In this document: positions 9,089 through 18,412 of the stretch, one piece after another
How positions within the stretch are numbered: the stretch's first letter is position 1
Layout: every line of letters begins with the position of its first letter
Source of the DNA: Nitrososphaeraceae archaeon
GTDB taxonomy: Archaea > Thermoproteota > Nitrososphaeria > Nitrososphaerales > Nitrososphaeraceae
Assembly (NCBI GenBank): GCA_044870765.1
Contig: JBIOZG010000012.1
Coordinates: 1 to 64,000 of the forward strand
Reading direction: 5' to 3'
Length of the DNA: 64,000 bases
The notes under the pieces: model-generated
Told to the model about the DNA's origin: nothing
What the model saw: the letters and a program-made list of their open reading frames with translations, nothing else
Database searches by the model: none
Program-made: the position numbers and the translations under genes

Positions 9089-10060
9089 TTGATGAAAAAA
9101 AAGAGCCTTGTATATTCTGCTGAGGAAAATACATTCGCAAAGGAAATTTCAATATTAGAAAAACCTGGCGAAATGCGTATTTTATCAAATCCCATAGCCT
9201 GGAAGATCATCAACCTTCTATCAGGTCATCCAATGTATCCAGCGCAAATAGCAAAGGAACTGAAAATCTACGAGCAGAGTGCATACTACTACATAAGAAA
9301 ACTTTTGGCAATAAAGGCGATTGAGCAGGTAGAAACATCATTTGTAAGAGGAGGGACTGCGAAACTCTACAAGACAGAATATCCTGCTTTTGGAATCGAA
9401 ATGAGTTGGGGAGAGAGGAAATTTGAAAAGGCAAGAAATGATACTGTGAGCCATCATGTTAGTACGTTCTTTCAAGAGTTTGTTGACGACGGTTCCTTCA
9501 ATGGTACCATAGTTGTGGGCGCTCCTGAGCCGCATGGCCCTTATCGATCTTCTGCCAGGGATGGCCACTACGCAACACAACTTGCCTTTTTCCTGGGGAG
9601 TTTTTGTAGCCTTCCCTCAAATTTTGTCGTCAAATTAGATGTCGATGCAAATTCTGAAAAAATATCAAGAACAGAGAATATCATTTCTATTGGAGGTCCG
9701 GGAACAAATATTATCACTTCAGAATTCAATAGATATTTACCAATTCGATTTGATGAAACTAATTTCTGGTCTGGTTTAATAGCTCCACATGGAAAGACTC
9801 ATACACTTGACAATCACGGACTAATCGCAAAAATTAGGAATCCGTTTTCTGAAAGTTTAAATGTCATAATTATCGCGGGAGTCAGGTCCGCTGGTACCAA
9901 GTCAGCAATAATCGCCTTAACCAATCATGGAAATGAGATATTAAAAAAATTTGGTGAAAATAAGTATTGGGCGCTTGTTGTTCAAGGATTTGACATGGAT
10001 TCTGATGGAAAAATAGATGCCATTGATATTGTAGATGGAATATCTACAAATAGCCTTTGA
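9089..10060 (+). CDS. ArsR-like HTH protein with an uncharacterised C-terminal alpha/beta domain
   Basis: N-terminal ILSNPIAWKIINLL...YPAQIAKEL...YYYIRKL wHTH; C-terminal IISIGGPGTN and IAGVRSAGT motifs. Confidence 0.7.
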   Translation: MMKKKSLVYSAEENTFAKEISILEKPGEMRILSNPIAWKIINLLSGHPMYPAQIAKELKIYEQSAYYYIRKLLAIKAIEQVETSFVRGGTAKLYKTEYPAFGIEMSWGERKFEKARNDTVSHHVSTFFQEFVDDGSFNGTIVVGAPEPHGPYRSSARDGHYATQLAFFLGSFCSLPSNFVVKLDVDANSEKISRTENIISIGGPGTNIITSEFNRYLPIRFDETNFWSGLIAPHGKTHTLDNHGLIAKIRNPFSESLNVIIIAGVRSAGTKSAIIALTNHGNEILKKFGENKYWALVVQGFDMDSDGKIDAIDIVDGISTNSL

Positions 10061-10069
10061 CTTCGTTGG

Positions 10070-10573
10070 CTAACTTGTTACGGGCTCTGCTGGTTTATTT
10101 GTAACCTGTACATGCACCAAAATTTTTGGTTCATCTTCTTTCTTTACAAGATATCCAGGCAAGTTTACCTTTCGATTCCCAATGGAAACATGTCCATGGA
10201 TAACCACTTGTCTTGCCTGAAATGGAGATTTTATACCCATTTTTCTCATTACAATTGTCTGCAACCTTCTTTCGAGTATATCTTCAATTTTCAAATTCAA
10301 AATGTCGTCTAAGCTCGAAGTAGTTGTAAGTCCCAGCCTATTTAGGAAAGACAATAGATGAGTCTCTTTTTCCTGTCTGTCTTCCAACGTCAAAGCCAGC
10401 AGCGTCCTTGCTTGATTCCTAAAATTTGCAACTCTGGTTTGAGCCTTCCACAATTCTCTCTTGTTCCTAAGCCCGTAAGAACCTATAATATACAGCTCTG
10501 AACTTAACTGATCCGAATTCCATATTCGCCTTGGTCTTCTGAAACTTTTGCGTGGTTTTCTTGGATCTCCCAT
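10070..10573 (-). CDS. rps4: 30S ribosomal protein S4 (uS4)
   Basis: MGDPRK, YGLRNKRELW, LERRLQT, ARQVVIHGH. Confidence 0.97.
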   Translation of the reverse strand: MGDPRKPRKSFRRPRRIWNSDQLSSELYIIGSYGLRNKRELWKAQTRVANFRNQARTLLALTLEDRQEKETHLLSFLNRLGLTTTSSLDDILNLKIEDILERRLQTIVMRKMGIKSPFQARQVVIHGHVSIGNRKVNLPGYLVKKEDEPKILVHVQVTNKPAEPVTS

Positions 10574-10581
10574 TTACCACA

Positions 10582-11169
10582 CTACTCTTTAGTTTCCGAA
10601 GTTTTCGGTGCACTGCTTTTTGCGCCACTCTCGGAAGCGGCAGATTCTGCTGCTGGCGCAGCGGCACCGGCGTCCTTTGCTTCTGCACCTGGGGCTCCAG
10701 CGCCACCTGTTGGCCTCATTACAACCTTCTTTACACCCACTGCACCTCCTTTTCTTCCGGTAGTTCGGGTACACTGACCCCTAACTCTAAGTCCAAACAT
10801 ATGCCTATAGCCTCTCCAACTATACACTGTTTTTTCCCTTTCAACATCATTTGAAATAGTAAAATCGAGATCAGAAGTTATCAAATGCTTGTCTGAACCT
10901 GTATCGTTGTCCTTTCTTCTATTAAGATACCAATTTGGAATTCCCATTACTGATGGATTTTTTATTGCGCCCTCAATGTCGCTTACTTCTTTTTCTGTTA
11001 AAAATCCTATTCTCATGTTAGGATTGATATTTAATGATTGTAGTATGACTTGTGATAAATTGTAACCCAAACCCTTTATTTGACTCAGGGCAATAATAAT
11101 TTTCTTGCTACCATCTATATCTTTGCCAGCTATTCTTAAGATATGCCTATATTCAGATATCGACAACAT
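10582..11169 (-). CDS. rps13: 30S ribosomal protein S13 (uS13) with Ala-rich C-terminal tail
   Basis: WYLNRRKD, SWRGYRH, GLRVRGQ. Confidence 0.97.
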   Translation of the reverse strand: MLSISEYRHILRIAGKDIDGSKKIIIALSQIKGLGYNLSQVILQSLNINPNMRIGFLTEKEVSDIEGAIKNPSVMGIPNWYLNRRKDNDTGSDKHLITSDLDFTISNDVEREKTVYSWRGYRHMFGLRVRGQCTRTTGRKGGAVGVKKVVMRPTGGAGAPGAEAKDAGAAAPAAESAASESGAKSSAPKTSETKE

Positions 11170-11316
11170 TTACGACCATCATTTTCCGAAATAAAAACCA
11201 TGCTGACATATAAGATGTAATTGATGAAAAAAGCATTGTTTTACAACAAAACAACAAAACCAAAATAAGCTTTGAAACCTTTAAATTTGTAGGTAGAACG
11301 AGCTGATGAAAGAAGA

Positions 11317-12960
11317 TTGATTTCTGAAAATTTTAGAGATATCGTTCATAAAAGTTATACTTCAAATCCTGACTATCGAGAATCTGCTCCTGGTGTACCG
11401 GAAAATTTCAACGAAATTAAAACCCTTGAAGATTTATTATCAGTCAATTACAAACACGTATCTGTTAATGATCAGCTAAGAGGGAATTTATTATTAAAGC
11501 TCAAACAACAAAAGTTCCCATATTCCGGAATTATCGGTTATGATGATGACATAGTTCCCTCGATAAATAGAGCAATCCTATCGTATCACGATATACTTCT
11601 AGTAGGTCAAATTGGACAAGCAAAGACAAAGATCGCCGAAACTATAGCAAAAAATTTACTTTCCCCCATTCCAATTATAGAGGGATCAATTACTAACGAC
11701 ATTCCAACTTTGATTCCAGAAAACGAATTAATTTCATTGCTAGAAGACAGGGAGGTTATTAGGGCGAGGCCAGAATTTTATGTTTCAACTGAAACCGAGG
11801 ATAAAATAAGAAACAATAGATTAGATACAAAAATCGTTTGGCTTGACGGTCCCTCTCGTTTCAAGTACCTGCTTGCAACGCCAGACATATCTGTGAAGGA
11901 CCTTGTTGGTCAAATAGACGCCATAAAAATAGCAAAAAAAGGGGTTGAAATTTACAATATCGAATCCTATTCTCCCGGTCAGCTACTTTTAGCCAGGCAT
12001 GGTGTATTTTGCATTGACGAATTACCTGTACTGGACCCCAGAAAACAGGTAGCCCTGTTGAGTGTCTTGCAGGAGGGCATCTATACAACTGGCTCATACC
12101 CTGTAATTTTCAAGCCCGATACAAGAATAATATCAACAGCAAATCCAATAGATTACACGCATTCAGGCAAAATAATAGAACCACTTTATGATAGATTTAA
12201 GAGTCATATCGTAACACGTTACCCAAAAAATGTGTATGACGAAATGAGAATAATAATTCAAGAGGCGAACATTCCCAACAGAGAAAACGTAGTGTTACCG
12301 ATTTTTATTTTAAGAACTTTGGCCGAAATTACAAGAACTGCCCGAAGTCATCCTGAAATAAATCAAGAAAAAGGTGTAAGCGTAAGGATGGCAATACATT
12401 CATTGGAGATCTTGGTAGCAGAAGCAGAGCGAGTAAGGAATGTAGATAATAACATAACAACTGTTCCTCGTTTTAGTGACATCTACAGTATTCGGCAAAC
12501 TGCAAAGTTTGAGCTCTCAGAAATAGACGACAGTTATGAAAATCGAATGAATATTCTAGACAATATGATTTCGGATTCTATCAAGAAAACTTGTAGTTAT
12601 TATCTCGTAGAGATCCCTCCTGAAAGATTAATTAATATAAAAAATGAATTCAAGATAAATAAGACATTTTTTGTCTCTCAAGACATTACTGGGAACAGCA
12701 ACACTCCCAACAGCTATCACTCACAACTGAACAAATTCAATTCATTAAGTGAAGTAATAAAAATCGTAAAGAACAACATAATCCAAGACCAAAAAACCTT
12801 TGAAGAAAAATTTGGTGACATGACAACCGGTGCCGATCATCATGATAGTACAAAAGACCCTGAATATCTAGCTTCTGTAACTGAACTGATACTGGAACGC
12901 CTTAGATTTACTGATCCACCGATACTCGATAGGAAGGAAGGGATCTATGTCCGCCATTAG
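11317..12960 (+). CDS. Mg-chelatase/MoxR-like AAA+ ATPase
   Basis: Walker A variant GQIGQAKT, Walker B FCIDE, TANP sensor, LYDRF, GVSVR. Confidence 0.85.
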   Translation: MISENFRDIVHKSYTSNPDYRESAPGVPENFNEIKTLEDLLSVNYKHVSVNDQLRGNLLLKLKQQKFPYSGIIGYDDDIVPSINRAILSYHDILLVGQIGQAKTKIAETIAKNLLSPIPIIEGSITNDIPTLIPENELISLLEDREVIRARPEFYVSTETEDKIRNNRLDTKIVWLDGPSRFKYLLATPDISVKDLVGQIDAIKIAKKGVEIYNIESYSPGQLLLARHGVFCIDELPVLDPRKQVALLSVLQEGIYTTGSYPVIFKPDTRIISTANPIDYTHSGKIIEPLYDRFKSHIVTRYPKNVYDEMRIIIQEANIPNRENVVLPIFILRTLAEITRTARSHPEINQEKGVSVRMAIHSLEILVAEAERVRNVDNNITTVPRFSDIYSIRQTAKFELSEIDDSYENRMNILDNMISDSIKKTCSYYLVEIPPERLINIKNEFKINKTFFVSQDITGNSNTPNSYHSQLNKFNSLSEVIKIVKNNIIQDQKTFEEKFGDMTTGADHHDSTKDPEYLASVTELILERLRFTDPPILDRKEGIYVRH

Positions 12961-14305
12961 TAACAATATCAAGAAATATACTTACCATAATCTTGTTGAC
13001 TTTCCTGAGGAGAGGGAGGACAAGTCCCCCACACAAAAAATCCCTAAAAGTTTGCTAAAAGATTTTCTTAAAATTTTGGGTCAAGAAATCCTGAAAGAAG
13101 ATCAGCCAAAACTCGAAGCAATTGAACAGGAATTACAGAATCTGAAAAACGAAAAGGAAAAGGAAAAAAAGAGTGGCCAAAGTTACGCAGATGAACCTAA
13201 ACCCAGTGGTAGGGAGTCATCCATAATTACTCAGCTCCAAGAATCAGGCTATATCAGAGATTCAAGAAGATGGTTGAGCAAAAAAGGATTTTTTGCAGTA
13301 GGTGGTAGATTACTGGAAGATGTAATAAGAGCATTGAATAAGGGATCTATCGGACTTCATGAAACTACTTTTAGCGGAAGTGGTTCGATAAATCTAGATT
13401 CGACAAAAAAATATGAACCGTCAGACGATTTAAGGTTGATTAATGTTCCAAGATCATTATTAAACGCCATTGAGAGAAGATCTGGATCAAATTCTTCAAT
13501 CCAGTTACCAATTGACCTGCGACCCGATGATTTGGAAATTTATGAAACAAAGCGGGATGTGAATGTTGCAGTTGCGTATTGTATTGATCTGAGCTCAACG
13601 ATGAGATATTCAACAATGTTTGGTGATATGAGTAGGATAGAAGCAGCAAAAAGGGCATTGTGGAGCTTGTTTTTGTTGAACCAAAAATTTTTTCCCTCAG
13701 ATTCAATTCACATAGTAGGATTTGGTGCTTTGGCGTCAAGGGTATCGCCATACGACATTCCTTATCTGAAAACATTTGAGTCTGGGATGGGTTTTATGCA
13801 CTATACCAATTATCAAGCTGCTTTCAGACTAGCAAAGAGAATTCTTCAAAATGAATCTACGGTAAACAAAAAAATAGTGCTTATAACGGACGGTCATCCT
13901 AGCGCCTGTTTTATTGATTCTGATCAAGAACGAAACAAAATACAATCTGAAAGACCCTACTCCCAATTTTACACTGCTGACAAAGGAGCAGTAGATACGG
14001 TTCGAAAAGAACAAGAATTATCACTTGATACTAAATCAGGGAAATTAGTTTACCTTTGCTACAGGTACAGACAAGTGGACCAGTATATTGGGGAAAAAAC
14101 GATTATGGAAGCTCGAAAATGTCATAAATCTGGCATTGATATTGACACAATCATGGTTAGTGAGGAAGATTCACTATTGAGTTATGTAAATGAGTTGGAA
14201 AAATACGTAAAAGGTAGATCATATTACATAAATCCAGCTGAAATAGACCGGATTTTGATTACGGATTACCTAAATGCTAAAAAATCCATATTAAGGTCTA
14301 GATGA
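12947..14305 (+). CDS. VWA-domain protein
   Basis: MIDAS DLSST, TNY, ITDGHP; overlaps the upstream ATPase. Confidence 0.88.
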   Translation: MSAISNNIKKYTYHNLVDFPEEREDKSPTQKIPKSLLKDFLKILGQEILKEDQPKLEAIEQELQNLKNEKEKEKKSGQSYADEPKPSGRESSIITQLQESGYIRDSRRWLSKKGFFAVGGRLLEDVIRALNKGSIGLHETTFSGSGSINLDSTKKYEPSDDLRLINVPRSLLNAIERRSGSNSSIQLPIDLRPDDLEIYETKRDVNVAVAYCIDLSSTMRYSTMFGDMSRIEAAKRALWSLFLLNQKFFPSDSIHIVGFGALASRVSPYDIPYLKTFESGMGFMHYTNYQAAFRLAKRILQNESTVNKKIVLITDGHPSACFIDSDQERNKIQSERPYSQFYTADKGAVDTVRKEQELSLDTKSGKLVYLCYRYRQVDQYIGEKTIMEARKCHKSGIDIDTIMVSEEDSLLSYVNELEKYVKGRSYYINPAEIDRILITDYLNAKKSILRSR

Positions 14306-14351
14306 AAGAGAACAATTAGTTTTTATTTACATATTTCAAAAATAACTACTA

Positions 14352-15158
14352 ATGAGAGATGTTTCCGACTCTAATTATTTTGATTGGAATAATTCATTTG
14401 AAGTGATTAAGAAGGCATATGATTCATCACTCTTTGTACTTATAATAGGACCGAAAGGAACCGGTAAGACTAGTTTGGTAAGAAAATTTGCAGCTGATAT
14501 TGGGAAAACTCTTTATTCAATTAATTTTAGTCTAAGGACCCGTGAATCTCATTTAGTTGGAACTAAAACCATGAGTCAAGGAGAAATTACATTTGTAGAA
14601 GGTATCTTGATTAAATCAATGAGAGAAGGAGGAATTCTATATTTGGATGAACTTAACGCTGCAGAAGCCGATGTCCTTTTACGTCTGGATGAAGCATTAG
14701 ATGACAGAAGACAGATAGTGCTGAAGGAAGCAGAAGGTCAAGTAATAAATGCGTTAGATAACTGGTTTGTATTTGCCACTATTAATCCTCTATCGCACGA
14801 AGGAACTAAAGAACTACCGCCACAATTGTTGAGCAGGTTTCCGGTAAGATTAAGGCTCGAATACCCCCCAAAAGAAATTGAGAAACAGATAATCAAACAA
14901 CATGTAAATTTTGATACTTCAATTGAAAATGACATCGACAATGCCCTTAAATTGGCGAACAGTCTAAGAGAGGCAGCTTCCCTAGAGGAGCTATACTACA
15001 GTCCTAGCATAAGAGAATCCATAGCCTTTGCGAAACTGCTAATAAATAAAGTATCCCCTAAAAATGCTGCTGAAGTAGTATATGCCAATGTTTATGATCA
15101 ATGGGGGGAAGTGGAATATAGAAAAGTAATGGACATGATTACTTCCATTTTTGTCTGA
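14352..15158 (+). CDS. CbbQ/NirQ/NorQ-family MoxR AAA+ ATPase
   Basis: GPKGTGKT, LYLDE, ATINP, LLSRF, SPSIR; 268 aa. Confidence 0.9.
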   Translation: MRDVSDSNYFDWNNSFEVIKKAYDSSLFVLIIGPKGTGKTSLVRKFAADIGKTLYSINFSLRTRESHLVGTKTMSQGEITFVEGILIKSMREGGILYLDELNAAEADVLLRLDEALDDRRQIVLKEAEGQVINALDNWFVFATINPLSHEGTKELPPQLLSRFPVRLRLEYPPKEIEKQIIKQHVNFDTSIENDIDNALKLANSLREAASLEELYYSPSIRESIAFAKLLINKVSPKNAAEVVYANVYDQWGEVEYRKVMDMITSIFV

Positions 15159-16743
15159 CGACATGTCATTTTCTCATGTGCAGAATTTTTCTCTACGAAA
15201 TGATGTACTAATAAATTTAGGAACGTTTCTTTCAAGAAGATGGTCTGGCAATAACAAAGCAACTATCTTACTCATAGAGGACAAACCCCCTACTACAAAC
15301 TTGACAAAAAATAATATTTCTATGCCATCACTCAGATACTACAATGGCACAGAATTTCAAAAATATCGCCAATGGCGAATTGCATTATGGTATGAATCCA
15401 TGCGAATGGCATATTCGACAAAAGCTCTGAGTAATGATCACGCCTTTGGCTTTATCCTAAACTCAATAGAATTGAAGCGAATTGAAATTTTAGGGTTAGG
15501 AGAATGGAAAGGTATGGAGAATGAAATTATTTTTAATGAAGGAATTTCATGGTTGTCACGGCCCTTGCTCAATTCACTATATGGAAAACACAAGGTGATA
15601 GAGGCTTTTTCTCAATATCTTATTACGGGTTATGTGAAGGGCGAACTGTTTGGATCAGAGTTAGATCGTGTACACACCGCAGTTAATGTTGCCAGAGAAT
15701 TAATAAGTGAATCGATAGAAAAAAACCATAAAACTGAATGGATAGAGCGACAAATTCCCAAAATCATAAAGATGCTTCAAATTGATTCTCTTTTCACTAT
15801 TCCTATTGTTACTCTAAGAAGTAAAATTGGGTTATCGTTGACAGAAACAAATTTGATGAAAGAAATAGAACGGTTGATAAAAATTAGAAACAGGGAAAAT
15901 CAAAAATCTACTAATGACGTCATTGCAGGTACTCAAATATTAAAGGAATACGAAAGTCTTGTAAAGGAAAGCAGGAAAACAAACATTAAGGGTTACTCAA
16001 CTATGGAACAATTTGGATTGGAGGTTCCTGATAGCGTGCATTTAGATGAAAGCGTAATTTATGATAACGATTTGATTACAAAGTTAAAATCAGTAATTAG
16101 ATCCTGGAAGAGAGAATGGAGAGAAACACATAATATTACTGGTGATGAGATTGACGTAGATTCCATAATTGAATCTCAACCAAAACCATTTCTCATAGAC
16201 TTCAAAAATACAATAAACACAAAAATTGCACTTTTATTGGATCATTCCAGCAGTATAGACGAATATGAACTAGAATACAAAAAGGCAACTGTAGCTCTCT
16301 GTGAAGCATTGAAATTTTTGGATGTAAAATTTTCTGCCTATGCATTTAGTACCAAGAACAATAAAGTCACATGTTGGGTAATAAAACACGCAGATGTAAA
16401 ATGGACCTCAATTAATGCACGTAATTTGGTTCAAATTAAAGCAAGTGGCGGGACACCGCTTGCTGAAATTTATAATTTATTGTTACCGTTAATGAAAACA
16501 TACAGACCCGATATAATGATAACCCTGACTGACGGTGAACCGTCCGACTATAACGCTGTTCGGTCCATTATCAAGACGTACAAGATGAATGGAATTCATA
16601 TGGTTGCGGTTGGTGTGGGAAAGAATGTAAATAATGCTATCAATATTGGATTGAACCTAAAATATCTTGAATATGAAAGGATTTTGGTGGTTAGTCAATT
16701 AAATGAAATTCCCACAAAGGTCCTATCACTTTTACAAGTTTAA
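15151..16743 (+). CDS. NorD/CbbO-like C-terminal VWA protein
   Basis: MIDAS DHSSS, GGTPLA, LTDGEP; overlaps the Q-type ATPase. Confidence 0.85.
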   Translation: MSDDMSFSHVQNFSLRNDVLINLGTFLSRRWSGNNKATILLIEDKPPTTNLTKNNISMPSLRYYNGTEFQKYRQWRIALWYESMRMAYSTKALSNDHAFGFILNSIELKRIEILGLGEWKGMENEIIFNEGISWLSRPLLNSLYGKHKVIEAFSQYLITGYVKGELFGSELDRVHTAVNVARELISESIEKNHKTEWIERQIPKIIKMLQIDSLFTIPIVTLRSKIGLSLTETNLMKEIERLIKIRNRENQKSTNDVIAGTQILKEYESLVKESRKTNIKGYSTMEQFGLEVPDSVHLDESVIYDNDLITKLKSVIRSWKREWRETHNITGDEIDVDSIIESQPKPFLIDFKNTINTKIALLLDHSSSIDEYELEYKKATVALCEALKFLDVKFSAYAFSTKNNKVTCWVIKHADVKWTSINARNLVQIKASGGTPLAEIYNLLLPLMKTYRPDIMITLTDGEPSDYNAVRSIIKTYKMNGIHMVAVGVGKNVNNAINIGLNLKYLEYERILVVSQLNEIPTKVLSLLQV

Positions 16744-16778
16744 CTCTTTAGAAAGACGATGTATTGCTCTGAATCAGA

Positions 16779-17441
16779 TTAAATATTGTACTTGTGTTCC
16801 TTTTTGACCTTTTCCCAATCTGAGAGAAACAATGACAAGCCCTTATTAGTAAGGGGGTGAGTTAGCATCTTGCCCAGTATTTCAGGGGGAAGTGTAACAA
16901 TGTGCGCACCTAATTTTCCAGCCTCAATAACGTGAATAGGATGCCTTACACTAGCAACCAAAATTTCCGATTGATAACCATAGTTTTTAAAGATCTGAAC
17001 CAATTCTCTAATTATAGTCATACCTTCTTGACCAACGTCATCAAGTCTTCCTATAAAGGGACTAACGTATGATGCTCCTGCTTTTGCAGCTAACAAAGCT
17101 TGATTCGATGAAAAGATCAAAGTTACGTTTGTCTTGATTCCCTTTTCTTTCAGCTTCCTTACTGCCATCAATCCATCCACTGTCATTGGAACCTTCACAA
17201 TAACATTTTCACCAAATTTTATTAACCTCAAACCTTCTTCAACCATATCATCAGTATTGGTTGCTACTACCTCCAAATTTACTGGGCCTTTTACAATTTT
17301 TACAATCTCGCGCATTATGTCTTCGGGGTGTCCTTTCTCTCTAGAAATTAATGTAGGATTTGTTGTAATTCCATCCACGATACCCATGTCAACAAATTTT
17401 TTAATGGATTCGATACTTGCAGTATCAAGAAATATTTTCAT
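16779..17441 (-). CDS. tal: transaldolase / fructose-6-phosphate aldolase family
   Basis: MKIFLDTA, GITTNP, VKVP, YVSPFIGRLDD. Confidence 0.95.
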   Translation of the reverse strand: MKIFLDTASIESIKKFVDMGIVDGITTNPTLISREKGHPEDIMREIVKIVKGPVNLEVVATNTDDMVEEGLRLIKFGENVIVKVPMTVDGLMAVRKLKEKGIKTNVTLIFSSNQALLAAKAGASYVSPFIGRLDDVGQEGMTIIRELVQIFKNYGYQSEILVASVRHPIHVIEAGKLGAHIVTLPPEILGKMLTHPLTNKGLSLFLSDWEKVKKEHKYNI

Positions 17442-18412
17442 TTCTTTATCTTTTTCCTAGTTTTTAGAACAGATTCTACAATATTATCTGAACTTAAACC
17501 AAATTTACTTAAGAGCGACTCTATCTCAGTTTCTCTGGCTGATTCACCAAAAATATCTGCTATTCCAATTCTGTTTACAGGAACAGGATGGTGCTCCGCT
17601 GTCACTTCACAAACGGCACTTCCTAGACCACCAATAATGCTGTGTTCTTCAATAGTAACGATGGCACCAGTGTCTATTGCAGCACGATATACAATGTCAA
17701 CATCAATTGGTTTAATAGAGTACATGTCTATTACTCTACAGGAGACAGAATATTCTTTTTCAAGTGTCTGTGCGGCATCAATTGCTTTTGACACCATCAG
17801 CCCACAAGCAATCAAAGTTATGTCCGAACCATCTCTAATTGTGTTACTCTTTCCTATATCGAATTGATCAAAATTATCTTCATAAGTATTAGAATTTGAT
17901 GGACGCGCAAGACGCATGAAAAATGGCCCTGGAATGTAACTTATAAGTGGAATCAAGTTTTTGACAGCTATAGAATCTGATGGAACGAGTACTCTCATGT
18001 TTGGAATTGTCCGCATTGTAGAAATGTCTTCTATTTGTTGATGAGATGCACCGTCCGGTCCAACAGTTAATCCCGCATGGGATACAACTAATTTTACGTT
18101 TAGAAAAGGGTAACATATAGTATTTCTAATCTGATCAAGGCATCTGCCGGGTAAAAATGCTGCATAGGTGCTTGCAAATACCACTTTACCTGCTATTGCT
18201 AATCCAGCGGCTATTGAGACAAGATTTGCTTCGGCGATACCAACATTGAATAGCCTATTAGGAAACTTGTCGCCAAAAAGTTTTGTTTTTAGAGAATCAG
18301 TTGTATCCGCTCCAAGGCAGACAATATTAGGATCCTTAGCTCCCAGATCTACCAGGGTCTTACCATAAGCAGTTCGCATGTCGGAGATCACATTTTTATC
18401 ACTTAATTGCAT
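17438..18412 (-). CDS. transketolase, C-terminal (pyrimidine-binding) subunit
   Basis: NVGIAE, GPDGASHQ, EEHSIIGGLGS; ATG at 18412 preferred as start. Confidence 0.93.
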   Translation of the reverse strand: MQLSDKNVISDMRTAYGKTLVDLGAKDPNIVCLGADTTDSLKTKLFGDKFPNRLFNVGIAEANLVSIAAGLAIAGKVVFASTYAAFLPGRCLDQIRNTICYPFLNVKLVVSHAGLTVGPDGASHQQIEDISTMRTIPNMRVLVPSDSIAVKNLIPLISYIPGPFFMRLARPSNSNTYEDNFDQFDIGKSNTIRDGSDITLIACGLMVSKAIDAAQTLEKEYSVSCRVIDMYSIKPIDVDIVYRAAIDTGAIVTIEEHSIIGGLGSAVCEVTAEHHPVPVNRIGIADIFGESARETEIESLLSKFGLSSDNIVESVLKTRKKIKK

